A DNA stretch of 21,767 nucleotides, from positions 1-21,767 of the forward strand of contig CAWFDF010000015.1 of NCBI GenBank assembly GCA_963814585.1. The letters run 5' to 3'. Under the pieces are notes generated by a model. That model was given only the letters and a program-made list of their open reading frames with translations, was not told where the DNA came from and ran no database searches. The stretch comes from an uncultured delta proteobacterium (lineage in GTDB: Bacteria > Myxococcota > Myxococcia > Myxococcales > Anaeromyxobacteraceae). Shown here piece after piece: positions 19,613 through 21,767 of this stretch (the stretch's first letter is position 1; every line of letters starts with the position of its first letter). Both the position numbers and the translations under genes were made by a program.

Positions 19613-20755
19613 CGCCCATCCCGGTGAACGAGCCGCTGCTCGACGGCAACGAGCGGCGCTACCTCCAGCAGTGCATCGACGAGGGCTGGATCTCCTCCGA
19701 AGGGCCGTTCGTGCAGCGCTTCGAGCGGGGATTGGCGGCGGTGGCGCGCGCGGCACGGCATCGCGGTGTGCAACGGCACGGCAGCCCTGGAAACGGCGGT
19801 GGCCGCCCTCGGCCTGCAGCCGGGCGATCAGGTGGTCATGCCGGCCTTTACCATCATCTCCTGCGCGGCGGCCATCGTGCGCTGCGGCTGCGTGCCGGTG
19901 CTGGTGGACAGCGATCCGGCTCACCTGGAACATGGATGCAGAAAAACTCAGGGACAAGCTTCAGGTTGAGGTTGAGCAGAAAGGCAACCGCAAGCTCAAG
20001 GCGATCATGGTGGTGCATATCTACGGGCTGCCGGTGGATATGGACCCCGTCCTCGAACTGGCTGGGAAGTATGGGCTCAAGGTCATCGAGGATGCCGCGG
20101 AGATGCACGGCCAGAGCTACAAGGGGCGCCCCTGCGGCAGCTTCGGCGACCTCAGCGTCTTCAGCTTCTATCCGAACAAGCACATCACCACCGGCGAGGG
20201 GGGGATGGTGCTGGGCGACGACGACGGTCTCGCCGAGCGTTGCCGGTCGCTGCGCAACCTCTGCTTCCAGGCCAGGCAGCGCTTCGTCCACGAGGAACTC
20301 GGCTACAACTTCCGCATGACCAACCTGCAGGCGGCCCTGGGGGTGGCGCAGTTGGAGCGGTTGGCCGAATTCGTCGCCCGCAAGCGGCGCATGGGGCAAA
20401 GGTACACGGAATTGCTGACCGGTGTCGCGGGGTTGGAATTGATGCCCGCGCGGACATCGTATGCGGAGAACATCTACTGGGTGTACGGCGTCGTGCTCAA
20501 GGACGAGGTGCCCTTCGACGCCGCCGAGGCGATGCGCCGCCTGGGGGCGCAGGGGATCGGCACCCGCCCGTTTTTCTGGCCGATGCACGAGCAGCCGGTC
20601 TTCCGGAAGATGGGCCTGTTGCCGGCGAGCGCCACCCCGTCGCCGAACGCCTCGCCCGCCGCGGCTTTTACCTCCCCAGCGGCATGGCCCTGACGGAGGA
20701 GCAGCTTCAGCGGGTCGCCGCGGAGGTCCAGGCCATGTTCAAGGCCGCTCGCTGA
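19609..20755 (+). CDS. DegT/DnrJ/EryC1/StrS PLP aminotransferase (perosamine synthase-like; frameshifts near 19745, 19915, 20620)
   Basis: IPVNEPLL...GWISSEGPFV, CNGTAAL, VHIYGLPVD, VIEDAAE, SFYPNKHITTGEGG (PLP lysine), GYNFRMTNLQAALG and GFYLPSG. Confidence 0.93.
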
Positions 20756-21767
20756 TGGGCTGGCACCTGGGACTCTACCTCGGGACCAGCCCCCATGCCG
20801 GAGGGATGTACCAGTACGAGCTGAGCGTCGTCCGGGGGCTCGCTCCGCTCCTGGACGCGGGGTGGACGGTCGCCGCCTTCGCCCATGACGACAGCTGGCG
20901 GGCGGACCTCCCGGCCGGGTTCCGCCTGGTGGTTGCCCGGCCGGTATCCCCGGGAGCCTGGGCGGCGCTTGCCTGCGGGCGGGTCGTCACCTCTCCGCCG
21001 CGCTCGCCTCTTCGGACGGCTGGACCCGATGGTCCGGGCCATCGATGCGGCCGGCTGCGACCTGGTCGCCTGTCCGGGCCAGGACGCCGTCGGCTACCAG
21101 CTCCGGAGCCGCGCCCTGGTCACGGTCCACGACCTGATGCACCGCTACGAGCCGCAGTTCGAGGAGTACCAGGGCGGCGAGTACCAGGGGCGCGAGCGCT
21201 ACTATCGCCGCCTCTGTCACAACGCGGCAGGGATCCTCACCGACTCCGAGCTGGGACGGCGGCAGGTCATCGAGTCCTACGCGGTGGCCGCCGAGAAGGT
21301 CTTCATCATACCGTGCTCGACAGCCGAATTATTTCTGGAGCTGAAGGACTCCCGACGTCCGGTCGAAGTACGGGCTGTGGGACCGGTACTTCTTCTATCC
21401 AGCCCAGTTCTGGGAGCACAAGAACCACCTGCGCCTGCTCGAGGCGGTCGCGATCCTCAAGGGACAGGGCCTGGCACCGAAGCTGGCGCTGGCCGGTTCG
21501 AGGAAGAACGCCTTCGCTCGGGTGGTCGCCCGGATCACCGAACTGGGCTTGAGCGACGACGTCAAGATCCTCGGTTATGTCCCGAACGAGGACATGGCCG
21601 CGCTCTGTGGGGGCCGTCGCGACGGTCTTCGTGTCCCTCATCGGGCCCACCAACATCCCGCCGCTCGAGGCCATGCTGCTCGGTTGCCCGCTCATCGTCT
21701 CGAACATCTACGCCATGCCTGAGCAGGTCGGAGACGCGGCGCTCCTGGTCGACCCCAGGAACCCGGA
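20755..21767 (+). CDS. GT4 (GT-B) glycosyltransferase, 3'-truncated by window edge, frameshifted
   Basis: TGATG overlap. Motifs LVTVHDLMHRY, YFFYPAQFWEHKNH and GPTNIPPLEAMLLGCPLIVSN...EQVGDAALLVDP (PxEA..xG.P motif). Confidence 0.9.

Noticed and set aside
1..21767. Programmed frameshifting or phase variation as the cause of broken ORFs
   Set aside because: The shifts are too many, are scattered over unrelated genes, and are not at slippery heptamers or long simple repeats.
1..21767. tRNA, rRNA, integrase or defence genes
   Set aside because: None recognisable. Intergenic gaps are short and coding regions are otherwise accounted for.

Overview
GC-rich bacterial DNA whose gene content and codon style resemble Anaeromyxobacter/Myxococcota (inference). 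Most genes carry single-base indels, probably uncorrected long-read errors, so many proteins had to be stitched across frames. From left to right: the 3' part of MTA phosphorylase (+); a NUDIX hydrolase and a TetR regulator (-); two adjacent MCE/Mla-type lipid ABC transporter operons (-). One is canonical (STAS-MlaE, MlaF, MlaD, PqiC-like lipoprotein). The other has a stand-alone MlaE, an ABC domain that has lost every catalytic motif, an MlaD and a helical-repeat lipoprotein. Next come a YfhO-like membrane protein, a lipoprotein multiheme cytochrome c (18 heme motifs after frame repair, CxxxxCH/CxxCH type, with an internal ~180-aa duplication) behind a perfect FNR box, and a LIC_10190-like membrane protein. 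The window ends in a surface-glycan locus: two methyltransferases, a Wzx flippase, a cupin, a perosamine-synthase-like aminotransferase and a GT4 glycosyltransferase. The most notable points are the pseudo-ATPase MCE system, the FNR-box cytochrome sitting between GT-C-like genes next to a glycan locus, and several apparently leaderless promoters.
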